A stretch of DNA of 64,000 bases from an uncultured Planctomycetota bacterium. GTDB taxonomy: Bacteria; Planctomycetota; PLA2; JAEUHO01. Positions 18,047 through 27,730 of the stretch are shown here, piece by piece. The position numbers and the translations under genes were made by a program. Under the pieces are notes generated by a model. It did not search any database, was not told where the DNA came from, and saw only the letters and a list, made by a program, of their open reading frames with translations. The stretch is taken from the NCBI GenBank assembly GCA_963752285.1, contig CAVVXN010000004.1:185704-249703 (forward strand), read 5' to 3'. The first letter of the stretch is position 1; every line of letters begins with the position of its first letter.

Positions 18047-21000
18047 TGGAACCGACCCCCGCCCCGACCGAACGGTACGTCGCGTTCCTGAGCTACCGGC
18101 ACGTCGATCCCGACCGACGCTGGGCCGCGTGGCTGCTCCGGAAGATCGAGACGTATCGCATCCCCCGCCGCCTCGCGCGGGACCTCGACGTCCCGCGACG
18201 CCTCGGCAAGGTGTTCCGCGACGAGGAGGAGTTGGCGGCCACGTCCGATCTCTCCGGGACGATCCGCGAGGCGCTCGAGGGCTCGCGCTACCTGATCGTC
18301 GTGTGCTCTCCCCGAACGCCCGCGTCGAAGTGGGTCGATCGCGAGATCCAGGCGTTCCGAGACCTCGGGCGCTCCGGCCGGATCCTCGCCTGGCTCGGCG
18401 AGGGCGCATCGGACCAGAGCTTCCCGCCGTCGCTCCACGCGATGGGGCCGCGGCTCTCGGACGAGCCCGCGGCCGGCGAGGTGGCGCCGCGGGGCTTCGA
18501 GCCCCTCGCGGCCGACGCGCGCCCCGTCGCGGGCCGGGCCCACGCCCGGGTCCTCCGTACGGCCCTCCTCCGTGTGCTCGCGCGGCTCATCGGCTGCTCG
18601 TACGACGACCTCCGTCAGCGCGACCAGGCGCGGAGGCAGCGGTTCTGGATGGCGGCGACCGCGGCGGCGTCGGTGCTCGTGCTCGCGTTCGCGGTCCTCG
18701 CCGCATACGCGCTCCACAGCCGCAACCTCGCACGCGTCGAACGGGACCACGCCCGGGCCTCCGGCCTGCTCGAGGCGTCGCAGCTCGCGCTCGCGTCCGA
18801 TCCCCAGCGCGGACTGATCCTGGCCCGCCACGCCGCGGACCTCGAAGTCACGAAGGAGGTGCGGAGCCAGCTCCACGCGGCCCTCGAGGCGCCGGACAAG
18901 CGTTGGGCCCGCCCCAATCCCGAGGGCGACTACGTGGGCGTGGCGATCTCGCCCCTCGGCGACCGTGTGCTCGTGGAGTCACGGGGCCGTCGGATCCGGG
19001 TCTTCGACGCGGACGGCGAGGTCCGCGCGACCCTGGAGGGCGGGACGGAGTGGACGGTCGGCCCGGTGTACGCGCCCGACGGCGCCTTCGCGCTGGTGGA
19101 CGGGCCGCGCGGGTCCCTGCTCATGTTGGGTCGGGACGGGGCGGTCCTCCACCGGGCCGAGGCGCCGGAGGGCGAGCGATACGACGATTGGCGGATCCTG
19201 CCGGGCACGAACGCGGTCTGGGCCTGCCACGGTCGAACGCTCGTTCGCTTCGCGGCCGATCTGACCGTCGCCGAGGAGCTCAGGGCGAGCGGGACGGTCC
19301 GCGACTACCTCGTGCTCCCCGACGGATCCGGGGTGTGCGCGGCGGTCGATGAGGTGGGCCTCGTCCGCCTCGACGGGTCGGGATCGAAAGTCATCCACAC
19401 CGGCGAGGTCGGCGTGGGAACGCAGCTCCTCTGGGAGCAGCCGGGCCGCGTGCTCCTTTGGCTCTCCTCCTTCGACGCCACGAAGCGGTTGGACCTCGAG
19501 AACCCGGACGCCTCGGAGGACCTCCCCGCGACGCACGTGGCGACGGACCCCCGTCTCGGACTCCTGGCGACGGTGTCGGCCGGAGGGCTCCGGATCCGCG
19601 ACCGGGACGGTCGCGTCGTGGGGGAGGCGCGGGGCCGTCGGATCGGCAAGCTCCTCCCGGACGTGACGGGCGGCGCGTTCGTCTACCTCCTGTCCGACGG
19701 AACGATCTCGGTCCTCGACGCGACGGGTCACGGCGTGACCTACACGGGCGCCGCGGGCGCGGACCCCGTCGTGGTGGCGAGCGCGCTCGCCGGCACGCGC
19801 CTCGTGGTCGGCACGCGACGGGACGGCGTCTGGCTGGTGGACCTCTCGCACGCGGACCTCGGTTCCTTCGGCCTGCCGGGTGCCGGCGGAGGCCCCTCGC
19901 CGTGGAGCGGCGACGGTCGCACCTTCGTGGCTGCCGAGGGCTCCTTCGTGCTCCTCTGCGACCGAGACGGCACGTTGCAGCAGAGCTTCTCGACGGCGTC
20001 CGTGCGCGTGCGGTCGGTCGCCCTCGCTCCGCACGGCGACACGGTCGCCGCGGGACTCGAAGACGGAACGGCGCGGGTGTGGAAGACGGACGGGTCGCCG
20101 GCCGCCGAGCTCCGGGGCCACGAGGGCCCCGTCACGAAGATCGCGTTCTCGCCCGACGGACGCCGCGTACTGACGGGAGGCGTGGACGGGACGGCTCGCC
20201 TCTACGACCTGGACGGTCGGGTGCTCGCCGCGCTGCGAGGATTCACGAGCCCTCTCCGGTACGCCCGGTTCTCCGACGACGGCTCGGAGGTCCTCACGTG
20301 GGACGGTGGCGCAGGCGTTCGCCTCTGGGACGCCGACGGAAAGCCCAAGCGTCTCCTCGATCTCGGCGGCGAACCCGTGCTTGCGGCGGGATTCCTCCAC
20401 GGGACCGACCGCATCGGGCTCGCGGGGCAGCGTCGCGTGCGCGTGTTCGAGCCGGACGGTCACTTGGCCGGCACGATCGAAGACCCGTACCAGCGGATCC
20501 GCGGCGCGGTGTTCGCGTCGGACGGCCGCATGCTGGTCGTCGGCAGTCCCCTGCGCGTGCTCGCTTCGGACAGTCACGAGCTCTCGTCGCTCGAGAAACA
20601 CGTGGAGGGCGCGCGGATCGAGCCGAACGGCGACCGGATCCTCACCTGGAGCGGAGGAAAGATCGCCGACCTCGAGGCGCCGTCGGGCACCGTCCCCCTC
20701 GGTGATCACCTGGCGAGCATCACCGCGGGGTGCTTCGGTCTCCTCGACGGCGCGTTCGCCACCGCGACGGAAGACGGATCCGTGCACGTGTGGCGGCGCG
20801 ACGGTGCGAACCTGGCCGTCCTTCCGCCGTCGGGCGCCGCCGTGCGGGCGCTCTGGCCGTCGAGGGACGGGACGCGGCTCCTCGTCCTCGACGACACCGG
20901 GCGCATGCGCCTCACCGTCATCGACACCCCGGGGCTCGAGGCGTTGGCGGCGCGTCGTGTCTACCGGGAGCTGACGTGGCGGGAACGTGTGGCGTACAAG

Positions 21001-21516
21001 GACCTGCTCGGAGATCCGGGGCCGGAACCGGACCCCGGCCTGGCGAAGCTCGACGAGCTCGTCGCGACGCTCGAGAGGTCCGGGGGCGCCGAGACGCCGG
21101 AGTCCCTGCGCCTGGAAGGCGAGCTGGACGACCGCATGCACGAGCTGGTGCCCGGAGCTCGCGAGGGCGAGCAGCTCCCTGAGCTCCTGGCCCTCGTCGC
21201 CCGGACGCATCCCGACGACGCGAAGCGGATCGAGAATGCCATCCAGCACCAGGTCCTCGCCGAGGAGACCAAGCGGAAGCTCGAGGCGCTCCGGTCCAAG
21301 CTCGAGGACTTCCATCGCGAGAAGGGGCGCTACCCGACGAAGGACGAGGACGTGCTGGTCCTCGACCCGGGGGGAACGACGCCCACGGACCCGACCTCGA
21401 GCCCGATCGTGGACGCGTGGGGGTCGGTCTTCCTCTACGTCCCGACGAAGGACGGCTACGCGCTCACGTCGGCGGGTCCCGACGGCGTCCACGGGACGCC
21501 CGACGACCTCCACTGA
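18046..21516 (+). CDS. TIR domain - TM helix - WD40 propeller(s) - C-terminal GspG-pseudopilin-like domain protein (1156 aa)
   Basis: AFLSYRH, VFRDEEEL and LIVVCSP..SKWVDREI (TIR). Hydrophobic helix after QRFW. WD40 units such as GHEGPVTKIAFSPDGRRVLTGGVDGTARLYD. C-terminus GRYPT..DAWGS.FLY..SAGPDG..GT.DDL. The ATG overlaps the previous stop (TGATG). Confidence 0.85.
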   Translation: MEPTPAPTERYVAFLSYRHVDPDRRWAAWLLRKIETYRIPRRLARDLDVPRRLGKVFRDEEELAATSDLSGTIREALEGSRYLIVVCSPRTPASKWVDREIQAFRDLGRSGRILAWLGEGASDQSFPPSLHAMGPRLSDEPAAGEVAPRGFEPLAADARPVAGRAHARVLRTALLRVLARLIGCSYDDLRQRDQARRQRFWMAATAAASVLVLAFAVLAAYALHSRNLARVERDHARASGLLEASQLALASDPQRGLILARHAADLEVTKEVRSQLHAALEAPDKRWARPNPEGDYVGVAISPLGDRVLVESRGRRIRVFDADGEVRATLEGGTEWTVGPVYAPDGAFALVDGPRGSLLMLGRDGAVLHRAEAPEGERYDDWRILPGTNAVWACHGRTLVRFAADLTVAEELRASGTVRDYLVLPDGSGVCAAVDEVGLVRLDGSGSKVIHTGEVGVGTQLLWEQPGRVLLWLSSFDATKRLDLENPDASEDLPATHVATDPRLGLLATVSAGGLRIRDRDGRVVGEARGRRIGKLLPDVTGGAFVYLLSDGTISVLDATGHGVTYTGAAGADPVVVASALAGTRLVVGTRRDGVWLVDLSHADLGSFGLPGAGGGPSPWSGDGRTFVAAEGSFVLLCDRDGTLQQSFSTASVRVRSVALAPHGDTVAAGLEDGTARVWKTDGSPAAELRGHEGPVTKIAFSPDGRRVLTGGVDGTARLYDLDGRVLAALRGFTSPLRYARFSDDGSEVLTWDGGAGVRLWDADGKPKRLLDLGGEPVLAAGFLHGTDRIGLAGQRRVRVFEPDGHLAGTIEDPYQRIRGAVFASDGRMLVVGSPLRVLASDSHELSSLEKHVEGARIEPNGDRILTWSGGKIADLEAPSGTVPLGDHLASITAGCFGLLDGAFATATEDGSVHVWRRDGANLAVLPPSGAAVRALWPSRDGTRLLVLDDTGRMRLTVIDTPGLEALAARRVYRELTWRERVAYKDLLGDPGPEPDPGLAKLDELVATLERSGGAETPESLRLEGELDDRMHELVPGAREGEQLPELLALVARTHPDDAKRIENAIQHQVLAEETKRKLEALRSKLEDFHREKGRYPTKDEDVLVLDPGGTTPTDPTSSPIVDAWGSVFLYVPTKDGYALTSAGPDGVHGTPDDLH

Positions 21517-21526
21517 CCCCCGAACC

Positions 21527-21616
21527 GACATACGGAGCCAGAGCAATTCTGCCCCCCCCACACCGGCCCTACGGGGGGACATACGGAGCCAGGGGACGTA
21601 GGGGACATACGGAGCC
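21527..21616. repeat. Three copies of GACATACGGAGCC in the intergenic region
   Basis: Copies start at 21527, 21578 and 21604, with a C-run/G-run hairpin between copies 1 and 2. Confidence 0.8.
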
Positions 21617-21692
21617 GGAGCCGTACCGCGCCGGGTCGCCGCCCGACCGCGCGGCGATCCGGGCGCGGGACCTCGTCGGGTACCCTCTCCGC

Positions 21693-23375
21693 GTGCGATA
21701 CGCCGAGTGGCTCGTCGTCCCGCTGTTCGTGGTCCCGGTCCTCGCGCTCGCGGGCCTCGGCGCGTGGGCCCACGAGCGCCACGCGGCCGATCTGGGCCTC
21801 CTCGCGCGCGAGGGCGAGGCGCGCGCCCGGCAGTGGCTCGACGAGGGTCCCGCCGCGTGGATGGCGGAGCGCGCGGTCCGCGAGCTCTCGCCCTCGGCGG
21901 GGCCGGCTGCAGGCGACGTCCCGTTCGGGCAGGCCGACCGCCGCGGCGTCGTGCGCCTCGGCGCGCCGAGCGCGGGCCCCGAGACCTGGGCGATCGCGCC
22001 GTCGTTCCCCGTCGGCCTCTCCCCCGACGCGCTCGCGGATCCGGGCGTGCGCCTCCGCGTGGAGGTCGGGGGCGCGCCCGTCGCGGTGGACGGCGTGGAC
22101 GCGGCGACGGTCGCGCTCCGAGACCTCCTCGAGCACCCGGATCTCGCGCGTCTTCGCGGCGCCCCGCTGCCGGCCGGCACGAAGCGCTACGTGCTCACGC
22201 GCTGGCGCGCCGGTGACGGCGACGACGAGGCCCTCCGCGCCGCGGCGCGGCTCCTCGACGTCCTCGCGTCGCTCGAACGCGGCGATCCCGCGCTCGGCCT
22301 CGGCCGACCGCCCGGCGCGTACGAGGTCGGCGGCGTGCTCGTATTCTCGTCGGGCGCCGCCGCGCCGCTCCTCGTGTTCGGGCCCGACGTGGCGCCGCCC
22401 CGGACCGTCCTCTCGGAGCCCGGGGCGGAGACGGACCCCGGCCGGCTCGTGTGGACGGTCTCGCCCGCCACACCCGTCCAGGGCGAGGTGCTGTGGCAAG
22501 GGCGGCTGGACCAGCCGCTCGCCGGCACCTGGCGGTGGGTCGCGAAGGCGCGCGCGTGGTACGCCGACCCGCGCGTCGCTCGTTGGACCGCGCCCGCCGC
22601 GATCCTCCTGGTACTGGGCCTCCTCCTCCCGACCCTCCTCCTCGTCTCGCTCCGCCGCCGGCGGCGCGCCGAGGAGGCGCGCGTGCGATTCCTCGACGGG
22701 ATCGCCCACGACCTGCGAACGCCGCTGGCGGCGCTCCGGCTCCACGCGGACCTCCTCCAGCGCGGCACGGACGACCCGGAGAAGCGCGACCGCTACGCCG
22801 CCACCGTGGCGCGCGAGGCCGCCCGCCTCTCGGGCCTCGTATCGAGCCTCCTCGACCTCTCGCGGCTCGCGCCCGGCGGGGGCGACGGACCGCGCGGGGC
22901 CCCGCCGGCGCCGCGCGTCGCGCTCGGCGCCGCGGTCGAGGGATCGCTTCGCGACTTCGCGCTCGCCTGGCCCGACCGGGCCGACGACGTCCGTCGGATC
23001 GGCGAGCGCGAGGTCCACGCGCGGGCCGACGGGGAAGGACTTCGCCGCTGCCTCGCGAACCTCCTCGACAACGCGGCGAAGTTCACGCCGAAGGGCACGC
23101 CGATCCACGTCGGGTGGGGGACGGAGGACGGCCGCGCGTTCCTTCGCGTGGAGGACGAGGGGCCGGGCATCCCGCCCGACGAGGCGCGGCGCGTCTTCGA
23201 GCCGCGCGCGCGCGGGGCGCGCGCCTGCGCGGAGGGCGTGCCCGGCACGGGCCTCGGCCTCGCGCTCGTCCGGGACCTCGCACGGCGGATGGGGGGCGAC
23301 GTGGAGCTCGAGCCCTCCGCGCGGGGTGCGCGCTTCACGATCCGGCTCGCGGAGGCCCACGATGACGGCGCATAG
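21693..23375 (+). CDS. Membrane sensor histidine kinase
   Basis: Two TM helices, H-box IAHDLRTPL, N-box NLLDNAAKF, G1 DEGPGI and G2 GTGLGL. Start re-called to GTG 21693. Confidence 0.9.
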   Translation: MRYAEWLVVPLFVVPVLALAGLGAWAHERHAADLGLLAREGEARARQWLDEGPAAWMAERAVRELSPSAGPAAGDVPFGQADRRGVVRLGAPSAGPETWAIAPSFPVGLSPDALADPGVRLRVEVGGAPVAVDGVDAATVALRDLLEHPDLARLRGAPLPAGTKRYVLTRWRAGDGDDEALRAAARLLDVLASLERGDPALGLGRPPGAYEVGGVLVFSSGAAAPLLVFGPDVAPPRTVLSEPGAETDPGRLVWTVSPATPVQGEVLWQGRLDQPLAGTWRWVAKARAWYADPRVARWTAPAAILLVLGLLLPTLLLVSLRRRRRAEEARVRFLDGIAHDLRTPLAALRLHADLLQRGTDDPEKRDRYAATVAREAARLSGLVSSLLDLSRLAPGGGDGPRGAPPAPRVALGAAVEGSLRDFALAWPDRADDVRRIGEREVHARADGEGLRRCLANLLDNAAKFTPKGTPIHVGWGTEDGRAFLRVEDEGPGIPPDEARRVFEPRARGARACAEGVPGTGLGLALVRDLARRMGGDVELEPSARGARFTIRLAEAHDDGA

Positions 23376-24057
23376 GATCCTCGTGGTCGAGGACGAGGCC
23401 TCGATCCGGACGGGCCTCGGGGACGCGCTCGAGTCGGAGGGTTACGACGTGCTCCTCGCCGAGGACGGGGAGCAGGGTCTCGCGCTGGGTCTTCGCGAGG
23501 ACCCCGACCTCGTGCTCCTCGACGTCGTGCTCCCGGGCCTCGACGGCTTCGAGGTGCTGCGCCGGCTCCGCGCCGACGGCGTCGTGACGCCCGTCTTGAT
23601 GCTCACGGCGCGCGCGCAGGAGCACGACCGCGTCCGGGGCCTCGACCTCGGCGCCGACGACTACGTGACGAAGCCCTTCGGCCTGCCCGAGCTGCTCGCG
23701 CGCGTGCGCTCGCGCCTCCGCGCGTGGGACCGCGAGCGCGGCGAGGACGAGGGCGCGCGGCTCCGCTTCGCCGGCGTGGTGGTGGACCTCGCGGCGCGCA
23801 CCGCGACGAAGGACGGCGAGGACCTGGGCTTGACGCCGAAGGAGATCGACCTGCTTCAGGCGCTCGCGCGGCGCGAGGGCCACGCGGTCTCGCGGGACGA
23901 CCTCCTCCACGAGGTGTGGCGGGACGAGGAGGTGACGCCGCGCGTCGTGGACACGGCGGTTCTCGGCCTCCGGAAGAAGGTCGAGCCCGAGCCGACGCGG
24001 CCGCGGCACGTGCTGTCGGTCCGGGGCACGGGCTACCGCTTCGTGCGGCGGTCCTGA
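23362..24057 (+). CDS. OmpR/PhoB-family response regulator
   Basis: ILVVEDE, LLDVVLPG, MLTAR, GADDYVTKPF and winged-helix end SVRGTGYRF. Confidence 0.93.
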   Translation: MTAHRILVVEDEASIRTGLGDALESEGYDVLLAEDGEQGLALGLREDPDLVLLDVVLPGLDGFEVLRRLRADGVVTPVLMLTARAQEHDRVRGLDLGADDYVTKPFGLPELLARVRSRLRAWDRERGEDEGARLRFAGVVVDLAARTATKDGEDLGLTPKEIDLLQALARREGHAVSRDDLLHEVWRDEEVTPRVVDTAVLGLRKKVEPEPTRPRHVLSVRGTGYRFVRRS

Positions 24058-24093
24058 CCGTTCCCTGACCGAGCGCTGACCGGGGGCTGACCG
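24054..24093 (+). promoter_or_regulatory. Four CTGACCG direct repeats at 11-bp period; candidate OmpR-family binding site
   Basis: Copies at 24054, 24065, 24076 and 24087 with differing 4-nt spacers, upstream of the gene starting at 24144. Confidence 0.7.
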
Positions 24094-24143
24094 TGCGCGG
24101 CGTCCGAGGGGCGACGATGACGTCGCTTCCGGAGGGCCTCGCC

Positions 24144-26778
24144 ATGCCGCGCTCGATTCGTTCCTTCCTTCCCGTGGTCTGCCTCGTCTCTCTCGTCTCG
24201 GTCGGGGCCCTCCTGCGCTCCGCACGCGCGGACGAGCCCGACGCCGAGACCCGCTTCCACGACGCGTACGTCCTGGAGGTGATCGACGGGAAGGTCGCCG
24301 ACGCCGCGAAGGCGTACCTCGCGCTCGTCGAGGACGAGAGGACCCCGCCGAGGATCGAGGGCGAGGCGCGCTTCCGCTTCGCCGTGTGCGCGGCGCTCCT
24401 CGGCCGCCCCGACGAGTCGCGCGCGCGTCTCGCGTCGCTCGTCGCCGACCCCGCGACCTCGCCGGACCTCCAGACGCGGGCCCGCACGTACCTCGACGCC
24501 CTGCAGGGCCAGGAGGTCGGGAGCGAGCTCGAGAAGAAGCTCCAGTCGCTGGTGTTCGACCTCGCGCGGGCTCCGCTCGCCGGGCCCGACGCCGTCCCGC
24601 CCGTGTACCGCGACTTCGAGGTGCTGGGGGACAAGGCGGTGCCGTTCCTGCGGGGCCTGCTCCACCACCCGGACGTCACGCTCCGCGCGCACGCGTTCCG
24701 CCTCCTCTGTCGCATGAGGGAGCCGGGCATGGGCGCCGCGTGGACGCCCGAGATCGGCGTCGGTAGCCGCGGAAGCTGGTTCGGAATCGACGTGACGAGC
24801 TACCTGAACGCGCAGCCCAACGAGAAGGAGGCGTTCGAGAAGAACCTGCTGGGTCGGTCCGACTCGGAGGACGCCTCCGCGCTCCGCGTGCTGGCGGGAC
24901 GCGCCGACTTCCACTTCTCGAGGGAAACGGTGCGCGCGCTCGCGGCCCGCGAGGGCGTGAAGGAGCTCGCGCCCGCGCTCCTCGCCTCCCCGATGGGCGA
25001 CGGGGCCGACCTGATCCGGACGTGGCTGGAAGGGGACGATCCCGTCCTCGCGACGGCCGCCGCGGAGCAGGTCTACGCCGCGGCCCGCAACGGAGCCGCG
25101 AAGGGCCCGCTGCCCGCCCCGCTTCCCGAGGTGCTCGCTCCGGTGTTTCGTGAGGGTTGGAGCCACGCGTATCCCACCCGCGAGACCCTGGGGTGGCTCG
25201 CCTCCGCGGCGCCGACCTCCGAGGTGCTGGACGCGCTCGCCGCCCTCCTCCAGGCCGCCCGGTCCTGGTCGAGACCGGCGAACACCAACCCGCTCTATGC
25301 GTACTGGGGCACCTCGCTCCAGGCGGCGTTCGGGGACCGCGACCTCACGCCGAAGGAGCTCGCACGCTGGGAGGACCTCGCCCTCGAGACGTTCGTCGCG
25401 ACCCGGGCCTTGTTCCCCGAGGCGGGCACGCCGGGCAACTCCGCGGCGTACCTGGATCCCTTCCGCGCGCTCCTCCAGAAGCTCCCCGCTCGGGACGCGG
25501 AGGCGTTCGTCCACCGCGTGCTCGCCGGCCCGCTGGCGGACCGGGAGTCCCACTGGCTCGAAGGGCTCGCGCGGGCGATCCCCACCGACACGCCCGGACA
25601 GCTCCGTCTCTTCCTCACGGCGCTCAACGACCTGTCGCCGGGAGATCGCGTCCCGTTCGTCCGGATGTTGGGCCAGATCGCCGGGGCGCAGAGCCTGCGG
25701 CCGGAGGTCCAGGCCGAGCTGATCCGCATGGCGCCGGAGGTGGTCCCGCTCTCGAACACCGACGTCGCGGCGCTCGTCTCCCGGATCCCCTGGCTCTCTC
25801 CGAGCGCGAGCCTGTCCGACGCGGAGCGGAAGGACCTCGTCGGACGCCTCCTCCTGGCGATCGACCGCTTCCCGAGCTCGTCGCTACCTCCTGGACCGGC
25901 TCCGGAAGCAGCCGGCGAACGTGTCGCAGGCCTGGGTGCCCGACGTCCTCCTCCCGGCCGCCGGGGCGGTGTGGGACCCGCTCGGAAGCACGTCCCGCGA
26001 GGGCATCCTCGCCTCGGCGCTGGACGTCCTCAAGGACGACGCCCGCGGCACCGAGGTCCTGGGACCGCGCCGCGAGGGGGTGGCCGCGTTCGTGATGGGG
26101 CACCGGGGCGACCTCAACCTGGGGGAGTGGCAGAGCGTGGCGTCCCTTCCCGGCCTGTTTCCCCCGGAGTCGTGGCTGCCGGACGCGCCGGAGGGCGTGC
26201 TCGTCGTCTACTTCCAGCCGCAGATCCTGCCGGCGGCGCGGCGGGACGAGATCGCGAAGAAGCTCTTCGAGGTTCCCGAGAACCGGCGCAACCAGACCGT
26301 CCTGAAGTTCGTGGTGGGCTCCGCGAGCCCTGAGGTCCGCCGCGAATTGGTGGACGCGTCCCTCTCGGGCGACGACCCGGCCGCGCGACGGCTCGTCTTG
26401 GACGACCTGGCTCATGCCCATCCGAGCCCCGACGTCCTCCAGCGAGCGCTCGACGACATGATCCGACCCGAGAGCCCGGACCACGCGCTCGTCTTCCGGA
26501 TCGGAGACGCGGTGGCGTACCTGGTCCGGTGGCGACCGTCGAAGGACCTCTTCCCCGCGGTCCGTCTGCTCCTCGACTCGGCGTCCAAGGAAGCGGTCCT
26601 CCAGGGGATCGCGGCGGCGAGGTCCCTCGGTCAGACCGAGCTGATCCCCGCGCTCGCCCCGCACCTCGGATCGCTCGACCAGGAGGTGCGTCAGAGCGCG
26701 AAGGACGCGATCGACCAGATCCGCGAGGTCGAGCGAATGCAGAAAGACGCGGCGCTGGAGGCGAACGGCTTGAAGTAG
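24144..26778 (+). pseudogene. Secreted TPR/HEAT-repeat alpha-solenoid protein split by an apparent frameshift near 25870-25885 (real lesion or assembly error)
   Basis: GGAGG then ATG 24144, a signal peptide and a TPR-like N-terminus. The first frame turns into R/G/P-rich shadow sequence after IDRFP, while the next frame continues RYLLDRLRKQPANVSQAW into HEAT-like repeats ending at 26778. Confidence 0.7.
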
Positions 26779-26815
26779 AAGCGTACGGAGGCGGGGCAAT
26801 TTTCGCCGCTCTTCC

Positions 26816-26850
26816 CCGCCGCCGCGCCGTTCCCCGCGGCGCGGCGGCGG
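26816..26850. terminator. 14-bp perfect GC stem-loop between convergent genes; candidate bidirectional terminator
   Basis: CCGCCGCCGCGCCG, 7-nt loop, CGGCGCGGCGGCGG. No clear U-tract. Confidence 0.55.
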
Positions 26851-26863
26851 CTGCGGCGCGGCC

Positions 26864-27730
26864 TCACTTCGACGCGCGAGGAGGACGGGGCGCGGCGGCG
26901 CCCGGCTCCGCCTGCGCGGTGAGCAGCGCGCGGATCTCGCGGACCTCGCCGCGAAGCGCGCGGACCTCGTCGTGGAGCACCTGGAGCTCGGCGAGGACCG
27001 GGTCCCCCTGCGATCCTCCCGCGACGAAGGGCGTGTCGGTCGCCCGGTCCCGGCCGGTCGCGCCGCCCAGCGCGCGGAGCGCCCGTTCGTACTCCTCCTT
27101 CCGCTTCGCCTCGGCGACCGCTCGCTGCTTCGCCTCGGCCAGCTCGTCTTGCGCCTTCTCCGCGGCCGCTATCAGCTCCTGCACGCGTCGCTGCATGTCG
27201 GCGAGCTGCTGACGCGCCGCCTCGGCCTGCGCCTGGAGGTCTTGTGCCTTCGCCGCGCGCTGCTGCAGCTCGTTCTGGTGCAGCTGGTTCTGGCGAAGAA
27301 GCCACTCCTGGCCCTTGGTGATGGCAGCCTCCGCGTGCGCTCGGACGACCGCGGGGTCGGAGCCAGTCTCGCCCTTCGCCCCCAGGACGAGCTTCCCGTC
27401 CTCGCCGACCACACCCTCCATGCCGGGCGTCGCTAGCGTCTCACGCCGCATCTCGGCGAGCATCGCCCGGAAGCGGTCTTGCTCTGCGGAGGTGCCGGTG
27501 ACGACGAGCGCTCCGTCGCCCCAGATGACCTTCAGGCCCTGGATACTCGCGTCGCGTATGCGATGCGCGAGCTCGTCGACAGAAAGTCCGAGGTCGCGAA
27601 CGTCGTAGATCTGCTGGACGCGCGGATCGACCGGCGGTTCGTCGGCGCGCGCGGTCCAGGCCGTCGCGGCGAGGGGCGCCGCGAGGGCGACGAGGAGCAG
27701 CAGGGTTCGGGTGGCCTTCCACATGGTCAT
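26864..27730 (-). CDS. Secreted protein with a secretin-N/NolW-like segment and a coiled coil
   Basis: Signal peptide ending ARA, IYDVRDL...ALVVTGTSAEQDRFRAMLAEMR and a Q/E/A-rich heptad region. The ATG overlaps the M56 gene stop. Confidence 0.65.
   Translation of the reverse strand: MTMWKATRTLLLLVALAAPLAATAWTARADEPPVDPRVQQIYDVRDLGLSVDELAHRIRDASIQGLKVIWGDGALVVTGTSAEQDRFRAMLAEMRRETLATPGMEGVVGEDGKLVLGAKGETGSDPAVVRAHAEAAITKGQEWLLRQNQLHQNELQQRAAKAQDLQAQAEAARQQLADMQRRVQELIAAAEKAQDELAEAKQRAVAEAKRKEEYERALRALGGATGRDRATDTPFVAGGSQGDPVLAELQVLHDEVRALRGEVREIRALLTAQAEPGAAAPRPPRASK

Noticed and set aside
14072..18409. 1445-aa minus-strand ORF and many other long overlapping ORFs (e.g. 8830-11682, 48780-52064, 54736-58686)
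   Set aside because: R/G/P/A-rich shadow frames, expected at this GC content. They overlap motif-supported genes and have no recognisable motifs.
21527..21616. Possible mini CRISPR array
   Set aside because: The repeat is only 13 bp, spacing is irregular, and no cas genes are in the window.
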